DNA from: an uncultured Sulfolobales archaeon
GTDB taxonomy: Archaea > Thermoproteota > Thermoprotei_A > Sulfolobales > NBVN01
Assembly: GCA_938083005.1 (NCBI GenBank)
Contig: CALKCU010000002.1
Span: 1 to 60,364 of the forward strand
DNA: 60,364 nt
Direction: 5' to 3'
Shown here one piece after another: positions 28,387-37,920 of this stretch; within the stretch, counting starts at the first letter, position 1; each line of letters begins with the position of its first letter. Position numbers and translations under genes: made by a program. The notes beneath the pieces are model-generated. The model was given only the letters and a program-made list of their open reading frames with translations. It was not told where the DNA came from and did not search any database.

Positions 28387-29718
28387 TCACGCGGGCCTTA
28401 TGTATCCCCACTTCTCTAGAGCCCTCTTCAGCTCCGGGCGCTCCTCCGCGTACTGATCCAGGGGGATCCCCCTGGAGATAGCCTCCAGGGCCTGCCTCAC
28501 GGCGGCGGCGCCGGCTCTGGGGCCGTCCGGGTGCCCGACGACCCCTCCTCCAACCTGTACGACCACGTCCACTCCCATGTGCTTGACGACCTCCGGGAGA
28601 GTCCCCGGGTGCAGACCGCCCGACGCAACGGGCATCGCCGGCTTTATGTGGTAGAAGGGCTGGACCATCCGAACCGGATCGTCGGGCGCCGGCCTGAAGA
28701 CCTCCTCCCTGAGGACCGAGCAGTTCCTGACCACGTCCGCGGTCTTCGCCTCGAGCTTCCCGACCTCTGGGGTCCCGACGTGGAGCTGGTCTACGCCCAC
28801 GACCCTAAGGAGCTTAGCGAGGACGAACATCGATATCCCGTGGTCCGGGTTTCTAGTGAACGCCGCGTGCATGGCCCTGTGAGCGTGTATCGCGAGTCCG
28901 TGCTCCTCCGCCAGGTCCCTGACGTAGGTCAGCGAGGACCAGCCGGCTATCACTACGTCGACCATGACGTACGGGTTTCCGTAGTCCGCGATCAGCTTGA
29001 TCCTCCTGGCCATCTCCCTAACGTCGGCAGTCACGTTGGCGAACCAGACCTTCCTCTCCCCAGTCTCCCTCTCTGCTCTGTCTATCGCCCTCATCATGCT
29101 CTTGGCCCTGGCCTCAAACCTACAGTAGCTCGGGCTCGCGAGGTTCTCGTCGTCCTTTACGTAGTCTAGCCCCCCGACGAGTATCTCGTAGGCCAGCTTC
29201 TCGACCTCCTCGGACGAGTAGCCGACTTTAGGCTTCGGCACCGTGCCGGCGATTGGTCTATCGTAGACCCGGAGTATCTCCCTGACCCCACCGAGCCCCT
29301 TTGAGGGTCCCTCGAAGTGCTCCAGGAACCCCCTCGGTAGGTAGATGTCCTCGACCCTCAACCACTTGACTCTCCTCATCCCGAACACGTTGCCAGCTAC
29401 CGAGGCCAGGAAGGCGGGCATGTTGCCCTCCTCGAACAGCTCCAGAGGGTAGGCTACCCTGACCAGATAGCTCCCTCCCCCCAGGTCCAGGAGCTCGTAC
29501 GCTCTACCCATGAGCCTGGAGAGCCTGGCCTCGTCGTACCAGGTGTACAGGGTTGTCCAGGTCCCGACGCTACTCTCAGCTGCTACGCCCCCGGCCGCGT
29601 CCTCGACCGTGAACCCGGTGGCCGGGGTAGCCCTAAAGCTGACGAGCACGTGCTCCTCGGGGTCCGGCCTGAAGCTCCTGTCGACGAAGAGGTGGTAGGG
29701 CTCTACTTCCCGAGACAC
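28387..29718 (-). CDS. rbcL: Form III ribulose-1,5-bisphosphate carboxylase
   Basis: AAESS.GTWT, GNVFG, KPKVG, GLDYVKDDE, HAHRAMH, GKLE, SGGLHPG; start set to GTG 29718 (GGTGA SD upstream); ORF extends to 29751. Confidence 0.95.
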   Translation of the reverse strand: MSREVEPYHLFVDRSFRPDPEEHVLVSFRATPATGFTVEDAAGGVAAESSVGTWTTLYTWYDEARLSRLMGRAYELLDLGGGSYLVRVAYPLELFEEGNMPAFLASVAGNVFGMRRVKWLRVEDIYLPRGFLEHFEGPSKGLGGVREILRVYDRPIAGTVPKPKVGYSSEEVEKLAYEILVGGLDYVKDDENLASPSYCRFEARAKSMMRAIDRAERETGERKVWFANVTADVREMARRIKLIADYGNPYVMVDVVIAGWSSLTYVRDLAEEHGLAIHAHRAMHAAFTRNPDHGISMFVLAKLLRVVGVDQLHVGTPEVGKLEAKTADVVRNCSVLREEVFRPAPDDPVRMVQPFYHIKPAMPVASGGLHPGTLPEVVKHMGVDVVVQVGGGVVGHPDGPRAGAAAVRQALEAISRGIPLDQYAEERPELKRALEKWGYIRPA

Positions 29719-29793
29719 CGGTTTCACCGATACCGCAACCCGCTGCCGCAATATAATTGTTAGCTAAGCCCTATCACACAGGGGCGAGGATGG

Positions 29794-30804
29794 ATGGGAC
29801 TGGAATGTGCTGAGGCGCTGGCCTCCTACGAGAGGACCCTGAGCGACGTTGGGGAGTTTAGGGTACCCGGCTCCACCGAGGCGGCCACCGAGGTCCTCGG
29901 GTCCCTAGCTCGCGTGCTCAAGAGCTGCTACCGGGATCCCCGGGCAGACTTAGAGCGGCTAGTCCGCTCGGCTGTGGACTCGAGACCAAGCTCCCAGTCG
30001 GTCCGCAACATCCTGTTTCTGTTCCTCGAGAAGCTCCACAGAGAGCTCCACGCTTCCGGCGCCGGTGATGCGCTGAAGCGCGTGGATGACCTCGTGAGGG
30101 AGGTTGAGGGCTACGTGGTCAGAGCCAGGGAGACGGCGTCAGAGCTCGCATCGAGGAGGGTGGAGGACGGGGATACGGTCCTCACGCACTCCTACAGCAC
30201 CACGATCCTGAGACTGCTGGCCAGAGCCAGGGAGCGCGGGCTGAGGGTCTATGCCTACGTGACCGAGTCGAGGCCGGGCGGCGAGGGCAAACTGATGGCA
30301 TCCCATCTGTGGAGGAGCGGAATCGGGACGAAGCTCGTGGTGGACTCCGCGGTCAGGTACGTGATGAAGGACGTGGACAAGGTCTTCGTGAGTGCCGAAG
30401 CCATAGCTGCGAACGGGGCTGTGGTCAACAAGGTGGGGACTTCTACTATGGCCCTGGCCGCCAAGGAGGCCAGGGTCGGGGTCTACGTGGTCTCGGGGCT
30501 CTACAAGTTTGGCGCGGAGACCCTTTTCGGGGACCTCGTAGCGATAGAGGAGTTAAACAAGCCGGAAGCCGTGATCCCCCCGGAGAGAGTCGGCGAGCTG
30601 GCCCCCTACCTCGGCAGGAATCTCCACGTCAGGTGCCCGCTCTACGACATAACCCCGCCTGAGTACATAGACGCGATAATTACCGATAGGGGGCTCATAG
30701 CCCCCCAGGCGGTCGTGTACCTAGCGCGGGAGCTTTTCGGGTGGCCCAAGTCTCGCGAGACCCTTGAGAGAGTCCTAACTGAGGTGGCCTCCCTATGGAA
30801 GTAG
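29794..30804 (+). CDS. eIF2B/ribose-1,5-bisphosphate isomerase family paralogue lacking the catalytic Cys and Asp
   Basis: RPS, THSYS, TESRP, SAEAI, NKVGT, D.TP..YID.IITD.G. Confidence 0.85.
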   Translation: MGLECAEALASYERTLSDVGEFRVPGSTEAATEVLGSLARVLKSCYRDPRADLERLVRSAVDSRPSSQSVRNILFLFLEKLHRELHASGAGDALKRVDDLVREVEGYVVRARETASELASRRVEDGDTVLTHSYSTTILRLLARARERGLRVYAYVTESRPGGEGKLMASHLWRSGIGTKLVVDSAVRYVMKDVDKVFVSAEAIAANGAVVNKVGTSTMALAAKEARVGVYVVSGLYKFGAETLFGDLVAIEELNKPEAVIPPERVGELAPYLGRNLHVRCPLYDITPPEYIDAIITDRGLIAPQAVVYLARELFGWPKSRETLERVLTEVASLWK

Positions 30805-31784
30805 GAGGTTTCAGCATACCGGGAGAGGTAGTCAGGATTCGAGAGGACATCAAGAGCATGAGGATACGCGGTGCCGGAAGCATAGCGAGACACGGTGCCC
30901 TGGCGCTGGCTCTCGCCGCCGAGAGGTTCCCGGGCGGGACTCTCGAGGAGTTCTTAAGGTACATCGAGGCAGTCGCGGCGTTCGTCCGCTCAGCGAGGCC
31001 CACGGCCGTTTCCCTGCCCAACGCGGTTTCGTATGTCGTGAGCAGGCTCAAGAGGGGGAGCCCTCAATCTGTGGAGGAGGCCAGAGAACTCGTAGTTAGA
31101 GCTGCCAGGGAGTTCGTGACGTACTCGGAAAACGCGGTGAAGACTATAGCTCAGCTCGGCGCCAGGAGGATAGAAAGGGGTGACATCGTCATGACCCACT
31201 GTCACAGTGCGGCGTCTGTAGCCGTGATAGTCGAAGCGCACAGACAGGGGAAGGTTGAGAGAGTCTTCGTCAAAGAGACGAGACCGGCCTTCCAGGGGTT
31301 GATAACGGCTAAGGAGCTTGCGAGAGAGGGGGTCGAGGTGATCCTGGTCCCGGACTCCGCCGTCAGGTATTACATGAAGAGGGTCGACAAGGTGGTGGTC
31401 GGGGCCGACGCCGTAGCGGCCAACGGGGCCCTCGTGAACAAGATAGGAACGTCCCTGGTGGCCCTGGCCGCCAAGGAGGCCAGGGTCAGGGTCTACGTCG
31501 CCAGCGAGACCTACAAGTTCAGCCCCTACACGATAGTCGGGGAGCTCGTCCCGATAGAGGTGAGGGACCCCACCGAGGTGGTAGATGTGGAGTGGCTCTC
31601 CGAGAACCCCGGGGTCGAGGTCCTAAACCCGGTCTTCGACGTAACCCCGCCGGAGTACATAGACGCGATAATTACCGAACTGGGCGTCATACCGCCCCAG
31701 GCGGTAGCGTTGATACTGATCGAGGAGTATGGCGCCACGCCAGTGTTCCCTGAGCTCCACGTGCCCCACCTCGACTTGGGCTGA
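30795..31784 (+). CDS. Ribose-1,5-bisphosphate isomerase
   Basis: IRGAG, RPTAVSLPNA, THCHS (catalytic Cys), ETRP, GADA (catalytic Asp), NKIGT, FDVTP. Confidence 0.92.
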   Translation: MEVGGFSIPGEVVRIREDIKSMRIRGAGSIARHGALALALAAERFPGGTLEEFLRYIEAVAAFVRSARPTAVSLPNAVSYVVSRLKRGSPQSVEEARELVVRAAREFVTYSENAVKTIAQLGARRIERGDIVMTHCHSAASVAVIVEAHRQGKVERVFVKETRPAFQGLITAKELAREGVEVILVPDSAVRYYMKRVDKVVVGADAVAANGALVNKIGTSLVALAAKEARVRVYVASETYKFSPYTIVGELVPIEVRDPTEVVDVEWLSENPGVEVLNPVFDVTPPEYIDAIITELGVIPPQAVALILIEEYGATPVFPELHVPHLDLG

Positions 31785-31897
31785 GCCCGCGGTTTAGGTA
31801 CGGGAACTGGTAGTGTGTTCACCGGTCCCCCTACCGCGGCTCGGGCGGAGGTAGCAACGCATATAAGTGCGGGGAGCGAGAGGTTACAAAAAGCTGG

Positions 31898-32806
31898 GTG
31901 ATGCCTACGATAGTGCTGGGGGGATCCGCCGGATCCCACGTAGGCTACGAGCTATCCAGGATCCTGGGAGCGAGCTACTACGACGTCGAGGTCAGGGAGT
32001 TTCCCGACGGGGAGCTCTACGTAAGGATCCCTGTGGACGTTAGCGGGGCCGACGTCGTTTACGTGAACTCCCTGGCTAAGAGGCCCAATGACCTGCTGGT
32101 AGAAACCTTCCTGACGCTGAGGACGCTGGAGGACCTCGGAGCTAGGACCATACGCTCGGTGCTCGCCTACATACCCTACGCGAGGCAGGACGCTAGATTC
32201 AACCCGGGTGAAGCCGTGAGCGCTCTGGTGATCTCGGAGCTTCTCAAGTCCTTCAAGGTCGACCGGGTTTACACGTTCGATCTCCACCTCCACAGGTTCA
32301 GGGACCCCAGGCAGCTGTTCGGGGACTCGCTAGTGAACCTGACTGCGATCAGGGACCTCGCCAGGTACCTGAGCGAGCACCACAAGCTCGGGGAGTGCGT
32401 AGTCGTGGGGCCCGACGAGGAGTCCGAGCAGTGGGCCAGAGTAGCATCGGAGGAGCTAGGAGGAGCTCCGTACACCATCATGGAGAAGAGAAGGATAAGC
32501 GCTACGGATGTGCTCGTGGAGCCCAGGGACCCCGAGCTCGTCAGAGGGAGGGCGGCTGTGCTCGTCGATGACATCATCAGCACCGGGGGCACTATAGTGG
32601 AGACCGTCAGGGCGCTGAGAAACCTCGGAGTTGGGGATGTGTATGTAGCTGCGACCCACGCGATTCTCGCACACGGAGCTTACAACAGGCTTGTGAAGTT
32701 GGAACTACGGGACCTCGTGGCATCGGACACCGTGTTGAGTCCCATAAGCAGGGTTCACGTGGCCCCCATAGTCGCTAGGCACATCCTCGGCCAGGAGAGA
32801 CGGTGA
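31898..32806 (+). CDS. prs: Ribose-phosphate pyrophosphokinase (PRPP synthetase)
   Basis: FPDGE, PYARQD..F..GE, DLH, PD, K.R, VDDIISTGGT. Confidence 0.92.
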   Translation: MMPTIVLGGSAGSHVGYELSRILGASYYDVEVREFPDGELYVRIPVDVSGADVVYVNSLAKRPNDLLVETFLTLRTLEDLGARTIRSVLAYIPYARQDARFNPGEAVSALVISELLKSFKVDRVYTFDLHLHRFRDPRQLFGDSLVNLTAIRDLARYLSEHHKLGECVVVGPDEESEQWARVASEELGGAPYTIMEKRRISATDVLVEPRDPELVRGRAAVLVDDIISTGGTIVETVRALRNLGVGDVYVAATHAILAHGAYNRLVKLELRDLVASDTVLSPISRVHVAPIVARHILGQERR

Positions 32807-32866
32807 ACGGCTCTCCCCCGCTCACTCGTTTTTAACGTCGCATCGCCTAGACGCCTCGGGATACCC

Positions 32867-33706
32867 GTGGGTCTCGGAGGCATTTACGTGGGAACCGCCG
32901 GTATACCCGTCTCAACGAAGCGTAGGAACACCATAGAGGGGATCAGAAGAGTAGCCGAGCTGGGGCTCAACGCTATGGAGCTCGAATTCGTCAGAGGGAT
33001 AAACATAAGCCGTGAGACCGCCGCTAAGGCTCGCGAGGTGTCCAGGGAGCTCGGCGTCGTCTTAACGGCGCACGCGCCCTACTACGTAAACTTGCTCTCG
33101 GACAGGAAAGAGGTCAGGACGGCATCCATGGAGAGAATAGTGGAATCCGCCAAGGTGGCTTACATAGCCGGGGCCTGGTCTGTGGTGTTCCACCCGGGGT
33201 ACTACGGCGAGCATAAGTCCGAGGAGGCCGTTAGGATCGTTAGGGAGTCCCTGGAGCAGGTCGTCGAGACGCTCAAGGGCATGGGAGTAAGTATATGGGT
33301 GAGGCCGGAGACCATGGGAGGACTGGCTGAGGTGGGATCCCTCGAGGAGATCCTCTCCATAGTCGAGGGGGTAGACATGGCTCTGCCTGCGATAGACTTC
33401 GCACACATATACGCGAGGAGCATCGGCAAGATCAACGGCCTGGAGGGGTTCAGAAGGGTTCTCGAGGAGGTCGAGAGGAGACTGGGTCGAGAAGCCCTAA
33501 AGAACTCCCACGTGCACATGTCGGGGATGGAGTATGGAGAAAGGGGGGAGAGGGCTCACAGGAACTTCGACGAGTCCGAGTTCGACTGGGCAGCGGCCGT
33601 CGAGGTCCTCAAGGAGTTCGGCGTCGAAGGAGTGGTGATCTCGGAGTCCCCGAACCTGGAAGGCGACGCCCTCAAGATACTCGGCGCCCTGAAGGCGAGC
33701 GGCTAG
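32867..33706 (+). CDS. nfo: Endonuclease IV (AP endonuclease family 2)
   Basis: ELEFVRG, HAPYYVNL, VFHPG, PETMG, DFAH, H.SG.EY...GE..H, ESP.LE.DA. Confidence 0.9.
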   Translation: MGLGGIYVGTAGIPVSTKRRNTIEGIRRVAELGLNAMELEFVRGINISRETAAKAREVSRELGVVLTAHAPYYVNLLSDRKEVRTASMERIVESAKVAYIAGAWSVVFHPGYYGEHKSEEAVRIVRESLEQVVETLKGMGVSIWVRPETMGGLAEVGSLEEILSIVEGVDMALPAIDFAHIYARSIGKINGLEGFRRVLEEVERRLGREALKNSHVHMSGMEYGERGERAHRNFDESEFDWAAAVEVLKEFGVEGVVISESPNLEGDALKILGALKASG

Positions 33707-33731
33707 AGGAGGTCAGCGAAGCCCCCGCCGC

Positions 33732-35387
33732 TCACTCGCGGCTCTCCTCTTCACCTACTTCCAGCTCCTTCACTGCTGACAGGTCCTTCCTCCTTCTCGC
33801 GTGCAGCTCCTCGGCCGTTCCTCGGGTTATCACCTCATAGAGCCTGGCCACTTTGCCGGGGCCGGGTCTGAGGAGGCGTCCGAGTCTCTGCACGAACTCC
33901 CTGGGTGAAGAGGTCCCGGCTACTAGGATGCCGACAGCCGCGTCCGGTATGTTCAACCCCTCATCTCCGACCGTCGTGACCACGAGGACGCCCTCTCTGC
34001 TTTCACGGAAGGTCTTCAGGATCCTCTCCCTCTCCGACACCTCTACATCGCCCGTCAGGAGTAGTCCCCCGACCTCCTCCGCTATCTTCCGGGCTAGATC
34101 CACGTAGTGAGCGAAGACTATGATCTTCGAGCCCCTCTCCTTCTCTACTATCTCCTTGACCTTTTCGACCTTGGACCTGCTCGTCTGGACTATCTTCCTC
34201 ATCTCGGTCGCTAGCCTCAGGGCCTCGACTGCCCTCGGGTCCCCCCTCCTAGCGGCCTCTAGGATCTCCCCGAACTTAGCCCAGCCGACCAGGTCCCTGT
34301 ACCTCTTCTTAAGCTCCAGGTACTTGCGCTTCTCGTCGGGCTTCAGATTCACTCTAACCGTCGCGACTTCGTACTGAGCTAGATAGCCTGCCTCCGCTAG
34401 CTCCGCCGGCGACCTGTAGTACACGACCCCGCCCATCAAGGGGAAGAGCTCTACGTGCTTACCGTCCTCTCTATACGGAGTGGCGGAGAGGCCCAGCCTC
34501 TTCGGGGCCGGGGAGCCTAACGCTATCGCCCTGAACTTCTCGGCTGGCAGGTGGTGGACTTCGTCTATGATCAGGAGGCTGAAGTGGGGAGCCAGCTTGC
34601 TCACGTACTTGGAGGCGGACTGGTAGGTGGCTATGGTTATGGGAGCCAGCCTCTTCTCTTCCGAGTAGTAGAAACCGACGAGCTCCGAGGGTATATCGGA
34701 CGCCTTAAGCATCTCATCATACCACTGCTTGACGTGATCCTTCGTCATGACCACCACCAGGGTCCTCTCTCCGGTCTCAGCGATTGCGGCTATGGCTACC
34801 AGGGTCTTCCCCGACCCCGTCGGGAGGGCTACTATCCCCCTATGCTTGTTCCTCACCCACCTCTCGAGAGCCTCCCGCTGGTAATCCCTGAGGACCATCT
34901 TCAGGGAGACCCTCCGTCCCAGCTCGGTCCTCTCCAGGAACCCCGTCCTGTCTACTACCTCGATCCCGAGTCTCTTCACGGTCTCCACGAAGGGGTTGTA
35001 GTAGCAGGGGTGTAGCAGGAAGACGCCGTCCTTGCGTCGGTACCTCAGCTTAAACTCAGAGAGGGCCTCTCTGAGGTCCTCCCCGAGGAAGAAGCTGAAC
35101 CTCACGCAGAGATACTCGGGACAGTAGGTCAGCTCGGCGAGCCTCCTGGACTTGGAGAGGAGCCCTCTCAGAGAACCCTCGTCAAACTCCGCTCCGATGT
35201 CGCTGAGGAAAGCTACTAGGTCATCGACCTCGATGGACCTCTGAGAAGCCTTGATCCTGCTGACCCTGAACACGGAGCAGCCGCCAGTGCGGCCCACGTA
35301 GTCTGCGTACTCGAGTAGCTCCTCGAACTCCTCCTCGGAGAGCCAGCGGCACACTCTAATCTCGAGAGGGTCCAAGAGCCTTACCAC
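33732..35387 (-). CDS. xpb: XPB/Rad25-like SF2 DNA helicase
   Basis: LRDYQ, PTGSGKT, DEVH, SATPYRED (RED motif), QRLGRLLR. Confidence 0.88.
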   Translation of the reverse strand: MVRLLDPLEIRVCRWLSEEEFEELLEYADYVGRTGGCSVFRVSRIKASQRSIEVDDLVAFLSDIGAEFDEGSLRGLLSKSRRLAELTYCPEYLCVRFSFFLGEDLREALSEFKLRYRRKDGVFLLHPCYYNPFVETVKRLGIEVVDRTGFLERTELGRRVSLKMVLRDYQREALERWVRNKHRGIVALPTGSGKTLVAIAAIAETGERTLVVVMTKDHVKQWYDEMLKASDIPSELVGFYYSEEKRLAPITIATYQSASKYVSKLAPHFSLLIIDEVHHLPAEKFRAIALGSPAPKRLGLSATPYREDGKHVELFPLMGGVVYYRSPAELAEAGYLAQYEVATVRVNLKPDEKRKYLELKKRYRDLVGWAKFGEILEAARRGDPRAVEALRLATEMRKIVQTSRSKVEKVKEIVEKERGSKIIVFAHYVDLARKIAEEVGGLLLTGDVEVSERERILKTFRESREGVLVVTTVGDEGLNIPDAAVGILVAGTSSPREFVQRLGRLLRPGPGKVARLYEVITRGTAEELHARRRKDLSAVKELEVGEEESRE

Positions 35388-35413
35388 TACTACCTAGATG
35401 CTATGGCGTCTAA

Positions 35414-35776
35414 TTAAGCGCTCAGCTCGCCGGCACCGCTCTTCCCCTTCAGGAAGATCTCCCCGTCGCTGAGTAGCACGAGGGGTTCCTCTACCTCGAC
35501 CTCAGCGCCAACGTCTACGGCAGTCCTGAGGACCAGCGTCACTATCAGATACTCGCCTACCTTGCTCACCTTCACCCTCCTCACCACGCTCCTGCTCAGC
35601 ACGTCGGGCGCTATGTCCCTCCTCGGGAGGTCTCGAAGAGAATTCCTCGCACCGGAGAGTCCGAGCGCGAAGCGCTTATCGAAGCTCGCGTATGCGACAA
35701 GGACCGTCAGGAGGAGCAATACAGCGATCACCAAGTAATCCAGCTCCGACACCCGGCATAGTGCTGCGGGGGTCAA
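35414..35776 (-). CDS. Hypothetical membrane-anchored protein
   Basis: One N-terminal TM helix; fills the gap upstream of xpb. Confidence 0.55.
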   Translation of the reverse strand: MTPAALCRVSELDYLVIAVLLLLTVLVAYASFDKRFALGLSGARNSLRDLPRRDIAPDVLSRSVVRRVKVSKVGEYLIVTLVLRTAVDVGAEVEVEEPLVLLSDGEIFLKGKSGAGELSA

Positions 35777-35920
35777 AGCTTTAAAGCGGTCAGCTTAATC
35801 GTGTCTCGCTGGTTCCGAAGGGCGTTCCCACTCCTCCAGGCCCCGCGGGGGGTCGGAGCGTGGAAAAGCTTATAAGGTCATGCTTGCCTATTGATGTGAA
35901 ACAGACGAAGGTGGTAGAGC

Positions 35921-36214
35921 ATGAGTGGTCCAGCACCCGCAGCTACGAACGTGGTCCTGGTAGGCAAGAAACCGGTAATGAATTACGTCATGGCCACTCT
36001 AACCCTGCTACACCAGGGAGTCCCAGAGATAGTAGTGAAGGCTAGAGGGAGGGCCATCAGCAAGGCGGTCGATGCTGTCGAGATAGTGAGAAGCAGGTTC
36101 CTGCCCGACAAAGTGGAAATAAAGGACATAAGGATCGGGAGTCAGGTGCTAACCACCAGCGACGGCAGGCAGTCTAGGGTCTCTACTATCGAGATAATCC
36201 TAGCAAGGAAATAG
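35921..36214 (+). CDS. albA: DNA/RNA-binding protein Alba
   Basis: [28 protein letters not shown]. Confidence 0.96.
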   Translation: MSGPAPAATNVVLVGKKPVMNYVMATLTLLHQGVPEIVVKARGRAISKAVDAVEIVRSRFLPDKVEIKDIRIGSQVLTTSDGRQSRVSTIEIILARK

Positions 36215-36265
36215 TAAGGGCTACCCCGAGGGCCCGAACGAGAGAAAGCCAAGAAGTGTTTTTAG

Positions 36266-36943
36266 ATGAAGATAGGGCAGCTGAAGCTCCCCGCGCTCCA
36301 GGTCGCGCTCGACTTCACCTCCCTCGACCGGGCCCTTCGCGTATTAAGCGAAATTCTCGATTTAGGCGTAGGCATAGTGGAGGTCGGGACGCCCCTCATC
36401 AAATCGGAGGGTGCCAGGTCCGTGTCCGAGATCAGGAGGGTCTCCGGGGGGACTCCCGTTCTCGCTGACACGAAGACCGTCGACGTGGGTGCCCTGGAGG
36501 CAGAGCTGTTTCTGAGAGCCGGTGCCGACTTTGTAACCCTCCTGGCCACGGCCGACGACGCTGTAATAGAGTCCGCCGTCAGAACCTCCCGCGAGCTCGG
36601 GGGCGACGTCGTGGCGGACTTCATAGGGTTCAGGGGCGACATCATTAAGAGAGCTAGAGAGTTGAGGGACCTGGGGGTTTGCGCAATGAACGTCCACGTC
36701 GGTATAGACGTGCAGAGGTCTCTCGGTCTTACCGCTGCTGGAATGCGCGACCTGGTGAGAAGGCTCTCGGCGGAGCTCACCGGCGTGGTTGTGTCGGTAA
36801 GCGGTGGGATAAAGCCGGAGGACATCCCCTCGCTGCTGGACGCGGGGGCCCAGATAGTGGTTGTGGGGAGCGCCATAACCGGGTCTCCCAACCCTAGGGA
36901 AGCGACCGAGAGATGCCTGAGGGCCTTCAGGCGCTCCGTCTAG
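36266..36943 (+). CDS. hps: 3-hexulose-6-phosphate synthase (OMPDC/HPS family)
   Basis: LQVALD, EVGTPLIK.EG, AD.K..D.G, HVGIDVQ, VVGSAI. Confidence 0.85.
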   Translation: MKIGQLKLPALQVALDFTSLDRALRVLSEILDLGVGIVEVGTPLIKSEGARSVSEIRRVSGGTPVLADTKTVDVGALEAELFLRAGADFVTLLATADDAVIESAVRTSRELGGDVVADFIGFRGDIIKRARELRDLGVCAMNVHVGIDVQRSLGLTAAGMRDLVRRLSAELTGVVVSVSGGIKPEDIPSLLDAGAQIVVVGSAITGSPNPREATERCLRAFRRSV

Positions 36944-37005
36944 CCCCTCCGTGGACCCCGACGCGTATATATTCTCGGCCCAGCACATCCAGCGGGCGCG
37001 CCGGT

Positions 37006-37329
37006 ATGGCTAAGCTCGACAGATTGATACTCGTGACAGCGGATCATCACCCTCTCCACAAATACTTCAAGGAGCTGAGCGAGGAGCTGGGTAGGAGGTA
37101 CGGGGTCCCGGTAGAGGTGAGAGTCGAGGACTACCTGTTCCTGATAGAACACGGGGACACTGACGAGTACGGTATGGCGTGGCTACCGCAGCTACTCGCT
37201 CGACTGGACACCGGGAAGATAGTCAGAGTCCTAACGAAGCCTGTCCTGGACTCCCTGGGGAACATAAGCAAGGAGAACGACCTAAGGACCTCGATCGAAA
37301 ACATAGAGAAGGCTATAGCCGGTGGGTAG
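37006..37329 (+). CDS. Conserved crenarchaeal hypothetical protein (thioredoxin-like fold suspected)
   Basis: HHP.HK, EDY.FL..HGDTDEYGMAWLPQL; start set to ATG 37006. Confidence 0.65.
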   Translation: MAKLDRLILVTADHHPLHKYFKELSEELGRRYGVPVEVRVEDYLFLIEHGDTDEYGMAWLPQLLARLDTGKIVRVLTKPVLDSLGNISKENDLRTSIENIEKAIAGG

Positions 37330-37341
37330 AGCGGGATTAGC

Positions 37342-37881
37342 CTACATGGGGTACTTCGTTCCGTACTTGTTTAAGTAGGTTATTTCCTCTAGAGGCTTCC
37401 TAGGCTTCGGCTGCGGCTTCTCCGCGGGGTATCCCATGGCTATCAGAGCAACCGGAACGTAGTTCTCCGGCAGCTCGAGGACTTTCTGAATCCCCTCGAC
37501 GTCCCTCAGCGTCTGGAGCCAGACCGTCCCCAGACCCAGTGCGTGCGCGGCCAGCATCACGTACATCGCCGCGTTAGCGCAGTCTACCTGGTAGGAGATC
37601 TGCGCGAGGTCCCTGTCGCACGCTACGAGTATCCCGAGCGGTGCGTTCAGTAGCAGCGAGAAGCCCGCGCGAACGCTGACCAGCTTCTCCTTCACCTCCC
37701 TGTCCTTCACCACCACGAAGATCCAGGGCTGCCTGTTACCAGCGCTCGGGGCGAACCTCGTCACTCCGAGTATCTTGAGGAGGACCTCGTCCGGAACAGG
37801 GTCGGGCTTGAACTGCCTTATGCTCCTCCTCGTGAGGAGGAACTCGAGCAGGTCCTCACTCCTGCAGCTCACGACTGCCAC
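37342..37881 (-). CDS. Nitroreductase family flavoprotein
   Basis: RRSIRQF, APSAGNRQPW, LAAHALGLGT.W, GYP. Confidence 0.92.
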   Translation of the reverse strand: MAVVSCRSEDLLEFLLTRRSIRQFKPDPVPDEVLLKILGVTRFAPSAGNRQPWIFVVVKDREVKEKLVSVRAGFSLLLNAPLGILVACDRDLAQISYQVDCANAAMYVMLAAHALGLGTVWLQTLRDVEGIQKVLELPENYVPVALIAMGYPAEKPQPKPRKPLEEITYLNKYGTKYPM

Positions 37882-37920
37882 CGTAAGTATCTCTGCAGTA
37901 AATATTTAAGGTCGTCGTCA

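Noticed and set aside
36266-36943. Rubisco plus HPS as an autotrophic (RHP/Calvin-like) cycle
   Set aside because: No phosphoribulokinase is in the window. Reverse-RuMP pentose synthesis and nucleoside salvage explain both genes.
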